DNA of 63,990 nt, counting the filler, from Diploschistes diacapsis (Eukaryota): assembly GCA_023645945.1 (NCBI GenBank). It is 5 parts of 5 records of this genome, joined end to end, with 100 filler letters (N's around TTAATTAATTAA, not from the genome) between each part and the next. Parts side by side here need not be neighbours in the genome. Positions count along the whole stretch, not along the records: positions 26,111 to 39,062 come from JALAIB010000703.1; 4 more parts are not named here. The stretch is one strand, 5' to 3'. Shown in pieces: positions 26,427-39,162 of this stretch; the stretch's first letter is position 1, and each line of letters opens with the position of its first letter. Made by a program: the position numbers and the translations under genes. The notes beneath the pieces were generated by a model. The model was not told where the DNA came from and made no database searches. It was given only the letters and a program-made list of their open reading frames with translations.

Positions 26427-28454
26427 TCAAGCCAGTCTGACTCCCGCTTGCTTGTTCTTCTTCATAGTCGCGGACTGAGCATTATTCATACCCGCCCCAG
26501 AAGAACTATCCAATACGCTTGCCGCCTCCCTCTTCTTCTCTTCATCAATCTTCTTGATCAGCTTCTCCGTCTTCTGCTTCCCGCTACCCTTACCATGGAA
26601 CTGGTGACTAAGGTGTTTGAAAGCTTCCTTTGGATTCATGTGGCGCCCATAGTCGTCAATGTAGTTGAGCTGCACGTCAGGCTTGTATTCGCGGTTGAAG
26701 ATCTCCGTCATCTGCCGCGACTCTGCCTGGTCACGCTGCTTGTTCTCCCAGCGGGCGTACTCCTCGCGCTCGCGTGCGGACATGCGGTCAAGCTTGCCGC
26801 TGGCACGATCTCGTTCCCTCTGTGTCCTGGCCCGCGCATCCGCTTCCTTTTGGCGCTTCTGTATCTCGGCTTTGAATCTATGACCATCACGATAACCTTG
26901 CACCTTGTCACTGTCATCGTTGTTTTTCGGCTTTATAAGTCCTCGCTGGGTAAGCAAATTAATGGTTGATGCCATTCCGGTGGTTGTGATTTCGCTCTCT
27001 AAACCAGTCTCTGTCATTCCTGCCGCACCAGGAGTGGATTCTTCGCGCTTAATGCGTGCAGCAGCTTCTTCGGCCTCTACAACTTCATTATATGACTTGT
27101 CAATGTCGACGTCTTCGTCCTCTTCGGCAGCTGGAGACTCGACTGAAGGCTGTAAGCTTTCTCTAGGCTTCGCCGTCACTATTGTGCGAGGTTTCGCAGG
27201 CTCCGGTCGTTGCAGGTTCGCGACAAACTCAGACGTCTCATCGATCAAGAGACCCTCGTCTTCGGCTAGGCCATCTTCCATCTTGACTTCAGGTGTGGCT
27301 GATGCTTCTTCACGTATCTGTCGAGCGAGGTCCTCGGGTTTCAACTTCTTGCGTTTCTTAAGCGCCTCTCGCCTTTGTTTCGCCAACGAAGCCTGCAGAT
27401 CCTCGTCATCAACAAACGATGTCGCCTGCTTCATTTTCGGCTCGGAAGGTTTGGTCCCAGAGTCTATATTCATAAAATCTCTGTTGGCCCCAGCACCATT
27501 CGCTATAGCAGCTGGAAAGATGTCATCCTCCTCGACAACTTTCTGTCGTGTAGGCTTGGATTTCTTTGATTTCGATTTTTTTATCTTGACTTCCTTGGGC
27601 TCCTGATAGTCCGACTTCGGAAGATCTTTCAGGATATCCAGATTGATAGCCTGCCGTTTTGGCTCTTTGGGGGCAGAGTTACTAGCATCACCTTGCTTCT
27701 CAGTAGAGTAGGCTTCGCCATCCAGTACAAATCGCTTCCGCTTCTTGCCATCAATGACCTCGTCATACTGCTGCAGAACTGCCCCTTCAGTTTCATCACC
27801 GAGCTGCGCAGGATTGTAGCCTGGCTTTTTCCGTTTCAAATTTAAGCGCTCATCTCTCTTCTCCTTTTCTACTAGCCCAGCGTTCTCCAGTTCATCGCCT
27901 TCCTCCTCATTTTCATCGATTGTCGCATCTTTGAGTGTAAGAACTTGCTCCCCCCCCTCCATCTCAAAGTCGCCAGCCTCATGTGCTACTCTTAAGCCAG
28001 TAAGATCCTTGGAAGTATACTCCGCCTCTTCTCTTTCTCTCAGCTCCTGCTCCATCTTTCTCGCCCGCTCCCGTTCTTTTTCCACCTTTCTCTGCCGCTT
28101 CTTCCGCTTGAGGAGCCATTCCTTAGTATCCAATTCTCCGTCATCATCTGCTTCGCCCAGGCCTTTCCCTTCTAATTTGGCAAATCTCTGCGCTTCATCG
28201 CGGGCTTTCTTGACGCGCTCGATTCGAGCCTGGCGCTCTTTCTTTGCGGTCTCTTCATCCTGGATCCTCTGCCAATTATCGTAACCTTCAGCCTGTCGAG
28301 ACTCAAGTGTGCTGCCCTGCTCTTCTTCCTCTTCTTCGGAGTCTGAAGAGTTGGAGTTCTTGAACGAGGGCCCCGCGCCAGGTACTGGTAGGGGTGTATA
28401 CCCGAGTAAAGCCCGGACTTTGTTTGTTTCTTCAATCGATATTGCATCTGCCAT
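26427..28454 (-). CDS. SNU66: U4/U6.U5 tri-snRNP-associated protein SART-1/Snu66
   Basis: HIND motif 'ISIEETNKVRALLGYTPL'; 'VLTLKDATI'; C-terminal 'YIDDYGRHMNPKEAFKHLSHQFHGKGSGKQK'. Confidence 0.95.
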   Translation of the reverse strand: MADAISIEETNKVRALLGYTPLPVPGAGPSFKNSNSSDSEEEEEEQGSTLESRQAEGYDNWQRIQDEETAKKERQARIERVKKARDEAQRFAKLEGKGLGEADDDGELDTKEWLLKRKKRQRKVEKERERARKMEQELREREEAEYTSKDLTGLRVAHEAGDFEMEGGEQVLTLKDATIDENEEEGDELENAGLVEKEKRDERLNLKRKKPGYNPAQLGDETEGAVLQQYDEVIDGKKRKRFVLDGEAYSTEKQGDASNSAPKEPKRQAINLDILKDLPKSDYQEPKEVKIKKSKSKKSKPTRQKVVEEDDIFPAAIANGAGANRDFMNIDSGTKPSEPKMKQATSFVDDEDLQASLAKQRREALKKRKKLKPEDLARQIREEASATPEVKMEDGLAEDEGLLIDETSEFVANLQRPEPAKPRTIVTAKPRESLQPSVESPAAEEDEDVDIDKSYNEVVEAEEAAARIKREESTPGAAGMTETGLESEITTTGMASTINLLTQRGLIKPKNNDDSDKVQGYRDGHRFKAEIQKRQKEADARARTQRERDRASGKLDRMSAREREEYARWENKQRDQAESRQMTEIFNREYKPDVQLNYIDDYGRHMNPKEAFKHLSHQFHGKGSGKQKTEKLIKKIDEEKKREAASVLDSSSGAGMNNAQSATMKKNKQAGVRLA

Positions 28455-29252
28455 GATGGAGAATGAGCTCACCTCAAAGGTTTTCGAAGTCTTTCAGTGT
28501 CACGAGTACATTAGGACGGAGATGGGATCTTCCTTGCTAAAGAAGTAGGGTGGTGTTTGAAATGATAAAGGTGAGCAAGAAATTCCCAGGTTCCGCGGAA
28601 AGTGAGCAATCAATGCGGGCTAGCGCCTCGAAGTCTTGGCATCTCAAACTTATAAATTCTCGAAAACATCCCAAAATAAGTTTCCTTTCCTTTCTACATA
28701 CAAAAATCTGTGGTCTTCGATCCCCTGGCTCCGCAAAGATGTCTCGGGGTCGATCGAAGGCTGTCCTCGATCCTAAATGGGGAACCAGCTGCCTTCAAGG
28801 TACTATCCAATGCTGACTTTCCGGTCGACAGATTTGAGACCAACCGGCCGCTGTGCAGTCTTGAGCTCCTGTTTCGGCAGTGAGTTCGGCGGCGGCGTGC
28901 TGGAGGCGCTATATTCCACCTCTCTTTGCCGATGGCCGTCGGCCTGTGAAGCTAGGGAAAAACCATAGTTATGGCCTACAGATAATCTATTGGGATTTTT
29001 GTGCTAAAGCGAAGGACAGTTTTGGGGACTTCTGTCTCGATAGGATTCACCATACACACACCAATTCTCAACTAATAGATACGTTTCGTACCACCTTGAG
29101 TACATGAGAAGAGTAGTTCTCATATTCACAAGTCTTCCTGCCAAAAAGTTCTAGATAGCGGAGGCTTGTCTTCTTAACCCAAATGACGTTGATTCTTGCT
29201 CTATCAACAGATATTCAAACAAGACTTCATCCTGAAAACCACCAACACATCT

Positions 29253-30242
29253 TCACCCCGGCATCTTCTTCGCCCCTACCTCCACATACCGCACCTTGCC
29301 CTCCTCATCCTCCTTTGCCCCCATCTCACAAACCGCAACACGCTCCACCTTGACCTCCGCCCACACTTCATCCTTCCACCTTTCTACCAGCTCCGTAGCA
29401 TCAAACTTCAGCTGACCCTCTCTCCTATTACGTCCCCCTCGACCCCGCCCACCTCCTTTCCCGCGGCCCTTCTTCTCCTTGGCGTAAATCGTGTTCACGA
29501 TCGTGGCGTGCAATTTGAGCTCTCGCTTCTCCTCGAGCACGAATCCCGCACGCTCGAATTCATCACGCAGCGACTTGGCGAAATGGAAGAGCCTGTTGGT
29601 CGGATCGTGCGGCTGGGCATAGAGGACAGATGTCTCATGGGGCGCGGCCATCGGGTGGAGGCCCTGGAGTTTGAGCACGAGCGGCTGCGGCGGCGAGGCA
29701 GCCGCGTCTACCGGGGAAGAGCCTGTTGCAAGGGTTTCCCGGGCGCCGGGCACGGGATGTAGAGAGGAGGAACGATCAGCCGTGGCAGCGGCCTCCTTCG
29801 CTCGAGCGTCCGAGCCGCCCGTCTCCGCTGCTGTGGAGACGGATGGTTCTTGACTCGTTGTAGAAGCAGCAACAGCAGCAGCATCCTTCAACATCCGTCC
29901 CAGATTGACCCCGTCCAGAAACTGCACAGCCGCTTCTACATTGTCTTTCCCCCGGAGTCTCATCACGCCTAATGTCAGGTGGAGCGTGCCTGCTGGCCGT
30001 ATGGCCTTTGGCGGAAGGAAGGTAGCACTTTTGTGTGCGGCCGATCCATCGTCGCTTGAGGACGTGATGCTGGATCTGCGGCTGTCTGGAGTTTGGGGAG
30101 CAGGCGCACTGGGAGAGCGGAGGACGGCTTGATCCTTCGCAAGTCTGGTGATGGAGGCTGTGAGCTGAGCAGTGGAAGCGAAGGTTGCGAGGGGAAGACA
30201 GAGAAAGTGTGTCAGCGGTGGAGAGGAAGGCTTGGGCGGCAT
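29253..30242 (-). CDS. 2H phosphoesterase, AKAP7/ASCC1-like 2',5' RNA ligase-like domain
   Basis: 'LTHFLCLPL' and two HxT motifs 'TLHLTLGVM' and 'KLHATIVNT'. Confidence 0.85.
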   Translation of the reverse strand: MPPKPSSPPLTHFLCLPLATFASTAQLTASITRLAKDQAVLRSPSAPAPQTPDSRRSSITSSSDDGSAAHKSATFLPPKAIRPAGTLHLTLGVMRLRGKDNVEAAVQFLDGVNLGRMLKDAAAVAASTTSQEPSVSTAAETGGSDARAKEAAATADRSSSLHPVPGARETLATGSSPVDAAASPPQPLVLKLQGLHPMAAPHETSVLYAQPHDPTNRLFHFAKSLRDEFERAGFVLEEKRELKLHATIVNTIYAKEKKGRGKGGGRGRGGRNRREGQLKFDATELVERWKDEVWAEVKVERVAVCEMGAKEDEEGKVRYVEVGAKKMPG

Positions 30243-30756
30243 CTTGAGAATTGTAGCTGTGTACTACATGCAGGCCTGGTCCATGTTGGGCACGTTGACT
30301 ATTAGCAAAGAACCTGAGGTAGGGGGGGAGAGCTTTGATTATAATGTTAGAAGTTGCTGTTCGTGGATTCAAAGGAGACAGACAGGGTGGAGTGCCTCAG
30401 AGACTTCATATTCTACTCAATGTAAGTCGGGCTGAGAAGAAATCCTGCCATGAGGATTATGAAGACTACTACAGCGACCTCGGGAGTCCTTCGATGTTTT
30501 TGACAGCCATAAGACCTCCAAACAGCTCAGCCGTAATGAAAATACAATTAAGTCATATCAGAAAACAACACTCGCTATCAGTGCCATATCCTGCTTTGCC
30601 TTAGGGGTATTCTCCAAAGTTAAAAGCGTGCTTGCAGCCTGTTGAGTGTACGAACGAAAATTCATTTTCGTAACCCATACTTTGACCTCCGCAGCAAGCT
30701 AAGCCTGCCTGCCGTATGGCAGACACTCAAGCCGTTACAGTTGTTTTCTGGGCCTA

Positions 30757-31461
30757 TTAGTCTTCACGATAGAAAGCTCTGAGCCTTCTCTCTGCGTCGG
30801 CACAGTCGGCCTTGACAACAGGAAGTATTTTTACGATTTGCTCCAAGCAAGCATCCGCAGCCTGAGGGTTATCGCCTCCAGCATCTTTACCAGCCCCCCA
30901 ATGTTGGATCTTCTCACAGCTGTCTTTTACTTTGACAAGTCCTAATGTGGCCGATGAGCCCTTGAGGAAATGGCCAAGCTGGCTGAGGTCCGCAAGGTCT
31001 TTCTCTTGCCTAGTGACCCATTTTGTCAATTCCAAATTTCATTAGAGAAAACGGTAAGCCTTTTCGAAAGAATAACAGCAGAGTTAAGGGGAGTGACCAA
31101 GGACAAAGTGCTTGCAACTACGCTTGTAGCCTAATTCACAGTCGCCGACTCTGGTGTTTTGGAAAGGTCCCAACTTACACTTTTTGGTCCATATTATCGA
31201 ATGTAGCCTTTGCCTGCTCGAAGAAGTCAAACACTATTTGCTTGGAAAACTCGTGTTCATCTTCATCCTCGTCCATCTCCAGGATTTGCTCAAATGTCAT
31301 AGGGTCGATAGCGTCGCCGCAGTCAGGAAGAGCATGGGATCCATCTTCGGACTGCGAGAGACAGAATCGATTAGCAGAACTCCTCGAAAGAGGAGACGGC
31401 CATCAACGGCTCGGAAGCAATATGATGCAAAGATGTCACTCACACGATCTTCGGTCGTCAT
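30757..31461 (-). CDS. YPD1: Histidine phosphotransfer (HPt) protein Ypd1, 3 exons; start uncertain
   Basis: 'IDPMTFEQILEMDEDE..FSKQIVFDFFEQAKATF' spliced (intron 31010-31178) to 'LSQLGHFLKGSSATLGLVKVKDSCEKIQHWG'. Confidence 0.92.
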
Positions 31462-34098
31462 CCTGCAAAGTAGTTCAGATCTCACCGAGTTTTATCGTAG
31501 GGCGCAAGAGGCTATGATAATAAGTGCCGTCAAGTCACAGGCTTTTGAGAAGCTCAGTCCCTTCTGCAGCCGGTGAACATTGGCATTTAACGTACATATT
31601 GGCCTGAAGATTAACGAGGTCAGGAGGGACTGAGGCTTTGGGATCGGCGGAGGCCCAGGTGCTGCGGCGTACACAACAGCCCTTTGACGTGTGACTTGCT
31701 ATGTAGAAGGCTATTGCAGATATGTCAGCGTGGGGCACCAGGCCATAATGTAGCATGCTGAAGTGAACACTGGAATGACAGCCTCCTCGAACAGACGGGT
31801 GTGGATGAGTAAGCGGGAAAGGGAGGAGGCACGATCTGTAATGCGATGGGCCTCACTCTGGGTCGGAAAAGACGGGAGAACATGGGAGTATGGCGCTAAA
31901 AGCCAGACGGATGAAGGTACAAGAAGAGAGCCGGAGCAGGCTCCAGTCGAAGAATTGTCGCTGCTGTTGATCGACAGTATTGCCTTGTAGCGGAGCTCGA
32001 TCTCCAGGGCTCAAGAGGGGCTCGGAAGAAATGTGTTAGGGCTTACCTTGGAGCGCAGCTTTGGAGGCTGGTCTGTACACCTCTTATCAAATGCCCTCCA
32101 TACTAGCGTACAGCTGGACTCCTTAAACAAAAGACGTGTACGTACATGAAAGGACGAGAGCTTGCGGACCCGGCGGAGAGGTCTTTTCATCAACTGATGG
32201 GTCGACAAACCAGCCCGTTACTGTAAAGAAGGATATGGACTAATGTAACGCAAGCGCTGGAGCTAAGCAGGGGCTGCGGATATCTGCTACTTCTCCCTTC
32301 AAAAATGCGGTACTTGGTCCAGCTCGTTTAGGGGTGGGAGGTCGATAGATGGAAGGATGGATAGATAGGTACAGGAAGTGCGAAGAGGAGAGAAAAGGAG
32401 GATTCTATGGGTAGTAGCCGCCCTACAACAGGGGCTCATTCTACAGTGGTACCGTGACAATAATTCTTTTTTATGCGGGCTTTTAAGTCTCCGAACTTGA
32501 TCAATCCATCAATCCCCTCGCTTTCGCTTTCCGTCGAAGACAGAGATCATGAGCATACTTCCTCGACCAAGAGACTGTACACCATAAGCTAGAAACTCCG
32601 GAAGTGCACTCGATCGTCGCTGGCAAAATGCTTTGCTAAAGGGGGAATGATATCATTCTCCCGCCGTCAAATTCGTCACTTTTCGTGCCTTTGTCTCGCT
32701 CTAGACCTCGTTTCGAATATGGTCAGCACGATATCGGAAGGGCGCCTATCAGTTGCTATGGGCCCTACTCAACGAGCCTATCTCCTGAACGAGTATGTCC
32801 TGTAGCTAAGGCTGTTGGAAATGGCAGTCACAAAACTGTCCAGAGAACACAGCGAGCTAGCTAGCCAGAGGGCACACACTAGTAGATGGACCCGCTTCCA
32901 TCTTTAGCACGTATGATGTCTTCGTGCAGCTCGCGCGAGCACGAACAGCTCATTCCCAGCACCCCAGCGATCTCCACAGCACCTTTGTGTCTCCAGCACG
33001 GCTTTGATGATCGAAGCCAGCGTTCTCGGAGACACAACGGGGACAGACCCGAAGAAAGAGGTAGATGAATAAGAAGTAAGGGGGCAAGGGGGGCGGCTGC
33101 GAAGCCCTGGCGTCGTATCTGCGGTGCGGAATGAGGGGGATGGAAACCATTAGGCATATGGAAAACGCTAGAAATGGTCCACTGCATTGACAGCCACGAG
33201 ACGCTTACATCCAGCTTCAGCTCTCATGATGCGGACTTTCGAGCCGTAGCGTGGCAGACCGCGGACCCCAATTGCAACCTCCGAGAAAATACGAAGAATA
33301 CCAACAATCGGTTCCAAATAGATGCACGCGACGTTGTCGGCACCTCCGTCACTGTGTCAGTAAATACAAATTCCTATCTCAGAAGTTTTTGTTCTGTCCT
33401 GCCTATTCGCCATGATAAACCTCGCAGTCGCTTTGGGTCCTCAGTAGTGTGTCATTCACGCGCGATCCAGCAGGATATCACTAATCTTTGATAGGTTTAG
33501 AAAAGTATGGCCTAGGAGAAGCAAACTTTGGGGGCTTTCTATGTGAGTACGAGGTAACGTAATATTGATCGGCGATGCTAACATTCAACTCGAGTATACG
33601 GGAGCTTGCCCATACCAGCACCACCAGCACAAGAGCTACTACTTGGAAGTAGCAGAATCCCGATATCCCGCCTGTCCATAGATCCATGTGCTTGACCCCC
33701 CTAAAACGTGCCAGCTAACGCATACAAGCTCACATTCGTCATGCCCTCGATCCCGCATCAAAGAGGGCCCTTTTTTCGACACTCCATCTCATGAACTGAA
33801 TATTGACATATCAAAAAATAGGTTTTATTAGGGAATCAATAACTGAGAGCGATATGCGGGTCAACCCTGACCTAGCAGCTATGTTTGCCTGATCTTGGTT
33901 GTACACCTGAGTCTACCTAATTGACCCAGGCAATAACCCCAGCCTGCCGCAAATGTATGCCGCTTGTGCTACTTTCGATACAATAACGTACGGTGCAGTC
34001 AACAACCGGGATCGCTACCAGAACCGGGGAAAGGGATGGAATAGAACCTCTGCAAATCCTGAAAAGAGCCGCAAGAGTATGACTGCTCAATGGGATTC

Positions 34099-35590
34099 CT
34101 ACCCAGTGACATTATGGATTGCCTCAGCCAAGCGCTTCACGTTGCCAGTTGTGATACCTGCAACTGAGATGCGACCATCCTTAGTTGCGTATACGGAGTG
34201 CTGACAAACTGTTAGCGCCATAATATCAAAATGGCAAAAATTACATACCTCTTTCGCCAGCTTTTCCATTTGCTCCGGTTTCAGACCAGTGTAAGCAAAC
34301 ATACCGATCTGCAACTCGCATCAGTATCCAGGTCCAGACCCATGGCAGCCATACTGAGTACGCACCTGGGATGTAATGTGACTCCAGTCGCGTTTACTGC
34401 CGAGCTCCTCCAGGTTCTTCTTTAGAAGTGCCCGCATGGAGATGATGCGGTCTGCCATTCCCTTAACTTCACCGAGCCATTGCTCTTTGAGCGTGGGGTT
34501 GTTCAGAATCTCTGCTGCGATTCGAGCACCATGGACAGGCGGATTGGAGTAGAGAGGTCTGACCAGGATCTTGATCTGAGAGTCAACCCTCTTCCTTTCC
34601 TCTGCCGAGTCGCAGACAATGGAGAAAGCACCCGCACGTTCGCCGTAGAGACCCTGCATACGTCAGCTTGCATGTTTGAACGATCCGTCAGTCTGCCCAC
34701 CATGTTCTTAGCAAAACTCTGAGAGAGGCACAGAGCATGACCCTCCTGAATAAACATTCTGACAGGGATTGCATCCTTGTTGGTGTCTCCACTTGCGAAA
34801 CCTTGGTATGCCATGTCGAAGAAGGGGTAATGCTTCCCTGCCTTCACCGCATCGCTAATCTGCTTCCATTGAGCCTCGGTAGGGTCAATGCCTGTTGGGT
34901 TGTGGGCGCAAGCATGAAGTAGGATGATGCTGCCCTCTGGAGCAGCGGTGATGTCAGCAACCATGCCGTCAAAGTCGAGCCCAATGGTGTCCTTGTTGTA
35001 ATATCTGTACTTTTGCACTTCGAGACCAGAGTCTTTGAATACAGCATTATGGTTGGCCCAACTCGGCGTGGGGATGTAGATCGTTTTGCCGCTTGGGTAG
35101 AATTTTTGCAGGAAAGCGCCACCAATGCGAAGAGCTCCTGTGCCAGATATGGACTGTGTGATGGAGATCCTGTCTTCTTTGATCGCAGGCGAATCGCTCC
35201 CGTAAGCTAACTGTGCAGCAGCCTTGGTGAAAGCAGGTACACCAGTTATTCCGGCATATTCTTTGTCAAGATTCGATTCGATGACTTTCTTCTCGGCGGC
35301 GCGAACTGACGGCAGAACGTACGGCTTTCCCTTGTCATCGCCTGCAACCGGTAAGCTTTTGTTGGAAAGGTGCGCAGACAGTTCAACTCACGGTACGCTC
35401 CAACGCCCAGGTTGATTTTCTCTGGGAAGCTGTCGGCTTTGAAGGCTTCAGTGATACCGAGAATGGCGTCTGGTGGACCTTGGGGAACGTTGGCCCATGT
35501 CGATGCAGCTCTCGAGGAGCTCACGAGGGGAACGCAGCGCGGAGCTGAGCGCTGAGCCTGACGGCTTGCGACCCTGGCGCAAGGTATCAT
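34099..35590 (-). CDS. AAT1: Mitochondrial aspartate aminotransferase (5 exons)
   Basis: Arg/Ser-rich presequence; '[11 protein letters not shown]', 'NLGVGAYR', 'HACAHNPTG', '[10 protein letters not shown]', '[14 protein letters not shown]', '[10 protein letters not shown]'. Confidence 0.95.
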
Positions 35591-36253
35591 GATGGTATTG
35601 AGTGGCGTTGCAAGTCAAAAAAGGTACAATTAGGAGTACTGTCAAACAGCTGTTGCTGTGATAAGAATAATTGAGGTTGTATGAAGCTTTTTTGTTTCCC
35701 AATAGCTCCCAGTAAACGTGAAAGCTTCCTTTCAAGAAATCAAATATTTTAGGAACCCGAATCCGTACGCTAGAAGTCGGTAGTTCTAGGGGGAAGCCCG
35801 GGGATTCTATTTTACAGTAATAACCCTTTTTTGACGTTATGATTTAGTTCAAAGTAAGGAGACATCTCAATCCCACCCTGCTAAATTTTTGCTGAAAATT
35901 TGGGTGATTGGTAGACAGAAGTCCACTTTTCGGATAGATCGCCCCTGGCGCATCGTATTTCCCAGACAGCAAACATAGAACCACGAGATATCGAGAGCAG
36001 AGGAGGAGGTCCATGTGTTCATTGAAGAATCATCCTGTTAGATCCGAGGAACTACTATCCCCCTCTATGTTCATTCGTGAAAGCTTCTTGAAAACCGTCA
36101 AGACTGCTGTTTTCCCAGCCATGGATCGGTGATAACGATGAGTGCACATCAAGCTTCCTAAAGCCTGGGTCCTCGCCATCTTTAAAAACAAGGACAGACC
36201 AGCGACTTCAGCTACCAATAGAGAAGCCCTGGTCTTCCACTTCGCTGCCGACC

Positions 36254-37121
36254 ATGCACTTCGCGCTTCCCCCCCGCAAAACCTCACATCCACCTCCTTA
36301 TGCGCTGCGCTCGCGCTGGAACCCCATCAATGCCGCCGCCGTAGTGCGGCGGCAGCGCACGCTAGGGCTCATAATATTCGCTGTCAGCCTCTTCATATTC
36401 TTTCTCCTCATCCGAACCACAACTCCCCTCGCCGCCTCGCAAGAAGCACCTGCCGGAACGCCCGAAGTGGTCATCGTGACACTACTCGACGAGTCCCTGG
36501 GTAATGGGTACATAGAGAAGATCAAGCACAACCGGGATGATTATGCCACGAGACACGGTACGCCCCGTCCCTTTACTACGTGGACTGGGATTTTGTTCTT
36601 GTGCTGACCGATCTCAAAAGGATACAAAACCTTCTACCCCTCCACAACAGACTACGACGTCGGCTCCTCCCCCAAGTCCTGGGCTCTCATTCCCGCGCTC
36701 CGGCACGCGCTCACGTTATATCCATATTCCACCTATTTCCTCTCCCTGTCCCCGCACGCGGTTATCATGAACCCCACCCTCTCTCTCACAGGCCATGTGA
36801 TGGAGCCAAAGCGCCTCGAATCTCTGATGCTGAAAGACAAGCCGGTCGTGCCGCCCGACAGCGTAATCCACACCTTCAGTCACTTAAAGGGCGACAAGGT
36901 GGATTTCGTACTGACGCAAGACGGCGAGGGTCTGTGCCAGGAGAGCTTCGTGCTCCGGCAGGGTGAATGGAGCAAGTTCTTCCTGGACGTCTGGTTCGAC
37001 CCGCTGTACCGGAGCTACAATTTCCAAAAGGCCGAAGGCCACGCCTTGGTGAGTCCAGTTTTTATCCATGCCATCCCCCTCTTATACCTTTTCCTCTACC
37101 ATAAATCACAACAAGAGAAAA

Positions 37122-37171
<50 letters not shown>

Positions 37172-37447
37172 AACCCGCTAACTTCTTCGTGTTCGCAACA
37201 GGAGCACATCGTCCAATGGCACCCCACGATCCTCGCGCGGCTGGCGCTGATCCCACCACGGACGATCAATGCGTACACGGCGGAGATCGCGTCGCGCGGG
37301 GGCGCAGAGGCGACGATCAAGGATGGAGATTTTATCGCAAGGGCGGTGGGGTGCGAGAAGGATACAAACAGGAGATGTGAGGACGAGATGGATCCGTGGT
37401 ATCGGAAATGGATGCAAGACTTTGGGGGCGGGAAGCAGCCTGCGTGA
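36254..37447 (+). CDS. GT34-family alpha-1,6-mannosyltransferase subunit, Mnn11-like (introns 36558-36620, 37049-37201)
   Basis: Type II membrane topology; 'MHFALPPRKTSHPPPY', 'NRDDYATRHG', 'FFLDVWFDPLYRSYNFQKAEGHAL|EHIVQWHPTIL', 'DGDFI'. Confidence 0.88.
37123..37169. repeat. (AG)n microsatellite inside an intron
   Basis: About 23 consecutive AG units. Confidence 0.95.
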
Positions 37448-38506
37448 TAAGTTGAGAGGAAAGGAGAAGATGTTCCTGGTTTGCGATACCGCTACCCATA
37501 CCGTTTGTTTTCGCGCCGGCCTCTTTGAGCTTTTGGATTCGATCATAAATGATTTTGCTAGCTGGAACTCTGGTTGACTTTATACGTTTGGGGAGTGCCC
37601 CAGCTGCATCGTGCGTATCTGGGTTCTCTATCTATGTATATCACTCGGCATGCGAGGAAGCCTTGGAGGTTCCCGCCATATGCTGCATGTTAGAAGCTGT
37701 ACAAACATTTCTCCGCCCCAATCTTGACTTGAGCTACTCAGCTCCAGTTACGTACGAACGTTGCACCGTCTCCTGTACCATAACCCGAACAACAAACGCA
37801 CCAGCCAGCCCCACGCACCAACACATGCAAAAAGCCCTCTCAGCTCCTTTCCAAAAAGTCGATCGCCCTAAAAGAGCGAGAGCCCCGGACGCCAAAGCGC
37901 TTAGACAAAGCAGCAAGCCCGATGACATGGCTCGGTCCCCCTTCGGTTTCCCACGAGAACGTGCATTGCATACATACGTTCATCCACAAGCACCCGCCGA
38001 AACAGCCGGCAAGAAAAGAAAAGAGAAGAGAAGAGAAGGCTCTTCTCGCCTACCCGGCCAGTGCAAGATAAGAAGTAACATGGGGCAAAAAACAACGATG
38101 CAGGTATCCCCCCTTGAGGGGGGCAAATGCGAACTTGGACCCTAACCTGGCGGCTCTGCTTGCCCGCGCGTGAGGGATTCTGTGGCAGGCAGGAAGGTCT
38201 TCGGGGGGTGGGGACTTTGGGTGGACCGATTTTGTTATGTTTTGTTTTTGCTTCTCCTACAGCGGCCGTGCTGGGGCGGACCGCTGTTGTATTGTTCTTC
38301 TTTTGTTTGGTGGAGGCTGGACGGGAACAGCATGGGTATGGCGCGGCGGAGCACTGGGCAGATGTCGAGCCGACGAGCTGGCGAGAAAGAGATTGGTGCA
38401 CGACGTTCAAATCAATGCTGGAGGGCCAAGGCCAGGTGCTCATCTACCGGTAAAAATAACAGCATACATATCTCGTCAAACTGCATCTCGCATCTCGCAT
38501 CAAATC

Positions 38507-38570
38507 GCGAACGGCGAACGGCGAACGGCGAACGGCGAACAGCGAATAACGAACAGTGAACAATGAACAG
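38507..38570. repeat. (GCGAACG)n 7-bp tandem repeat, degenerating at its 3' end
   Basis: gcgaacggcgaacggcgaacggcgaacggcgaacagcgaataacgaacagtgaacaatgaacag. Confidence 0.85.
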
Positions 38571-38605
38571 CGCTATCTGCACCAAGCACCAACAATCCCC
38601 CACCG

Positions 38606-39062
38606 CTAATACCCATCCCCCCAAAGCTCTTCCTCCTCCGGCACCCTATCCTCCTCCGTCAGCACCCTTCTCCCCTCCTCCTTCTTCGCCCTCCGCCTCT
38701 CCTCCCTCGTCACCAGCCGCGACGGCGTCATCGGCGTCAGCGGCGTCTGCGGCATATAGAACGGACTGTACGGCGTGCTGGGCATCAGGCCCGCCGTGCC
38801 GGGCGCCCTCAGCCTGTTGCCGTTGCCGCTCCCGCTGTCCTTGTCCGGCCGCGAGACCTCCTGCGTGCGGATCTGGCTGACGGGCCGCGTGGAGTTCGGG
38901 GAGCGCAGGGCTCGCAGGGGCAAGGGTGCGGTGCGCAGGGGGAGCGTGGATTGCGAGGCGTTGGTGCTGCCGGGGAGGATGAGAGGGGCAGGTTTGGCGC
39001 GGTAAGGTTTCTCTTTGGATGGGGGAGGGTGGTGGATGGAGAGGGCGGGCCCGAAGGAGGGG
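38606..39062 (-). CDS. 3' part of a hypothetical fungal protein, 5'-truncated by contig end
   Basis: GC3-rich open frame ending 'TPYSPFYMPQTPLTPMTPSRLVTREERRRAKKEEGRRVLTEEDRVPEEEELWGDGY*'. Confidence 0.65.
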
Positions 39063-39162
39063 NNNNNNNNNNNNNNNNNNNNNNNNNNNNNNNNNNNNNN
39101 NNNNNNTTAATTAATTAANNNNNNNNNNNNNNNNNNNNNNNNNNNNNNNNNNNNNNNNNNNN
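39063..39162. other. Artificial contig linker (N44-TTAATTAATTAA-N44)
   Basis: Identical 100-bp spacer. Confidence 0.98.

Noticed and set aside
37549..38566. Multiple 100-200 aa ORFs between the Mnn11-like gene and the truncated gene at 38606
   Set aside because: Low-complexity, repeat-driven frames in what is probably convergent 3' UTR or intergenic DNA.
26011..39162. Functional clustering of genes across contigs (for example sulfur/amino-acid or chromatin genes)
   Set aside because: Adjacency across linkers is artefactual, and within contigs the genes are unrelated housekeeping functions.
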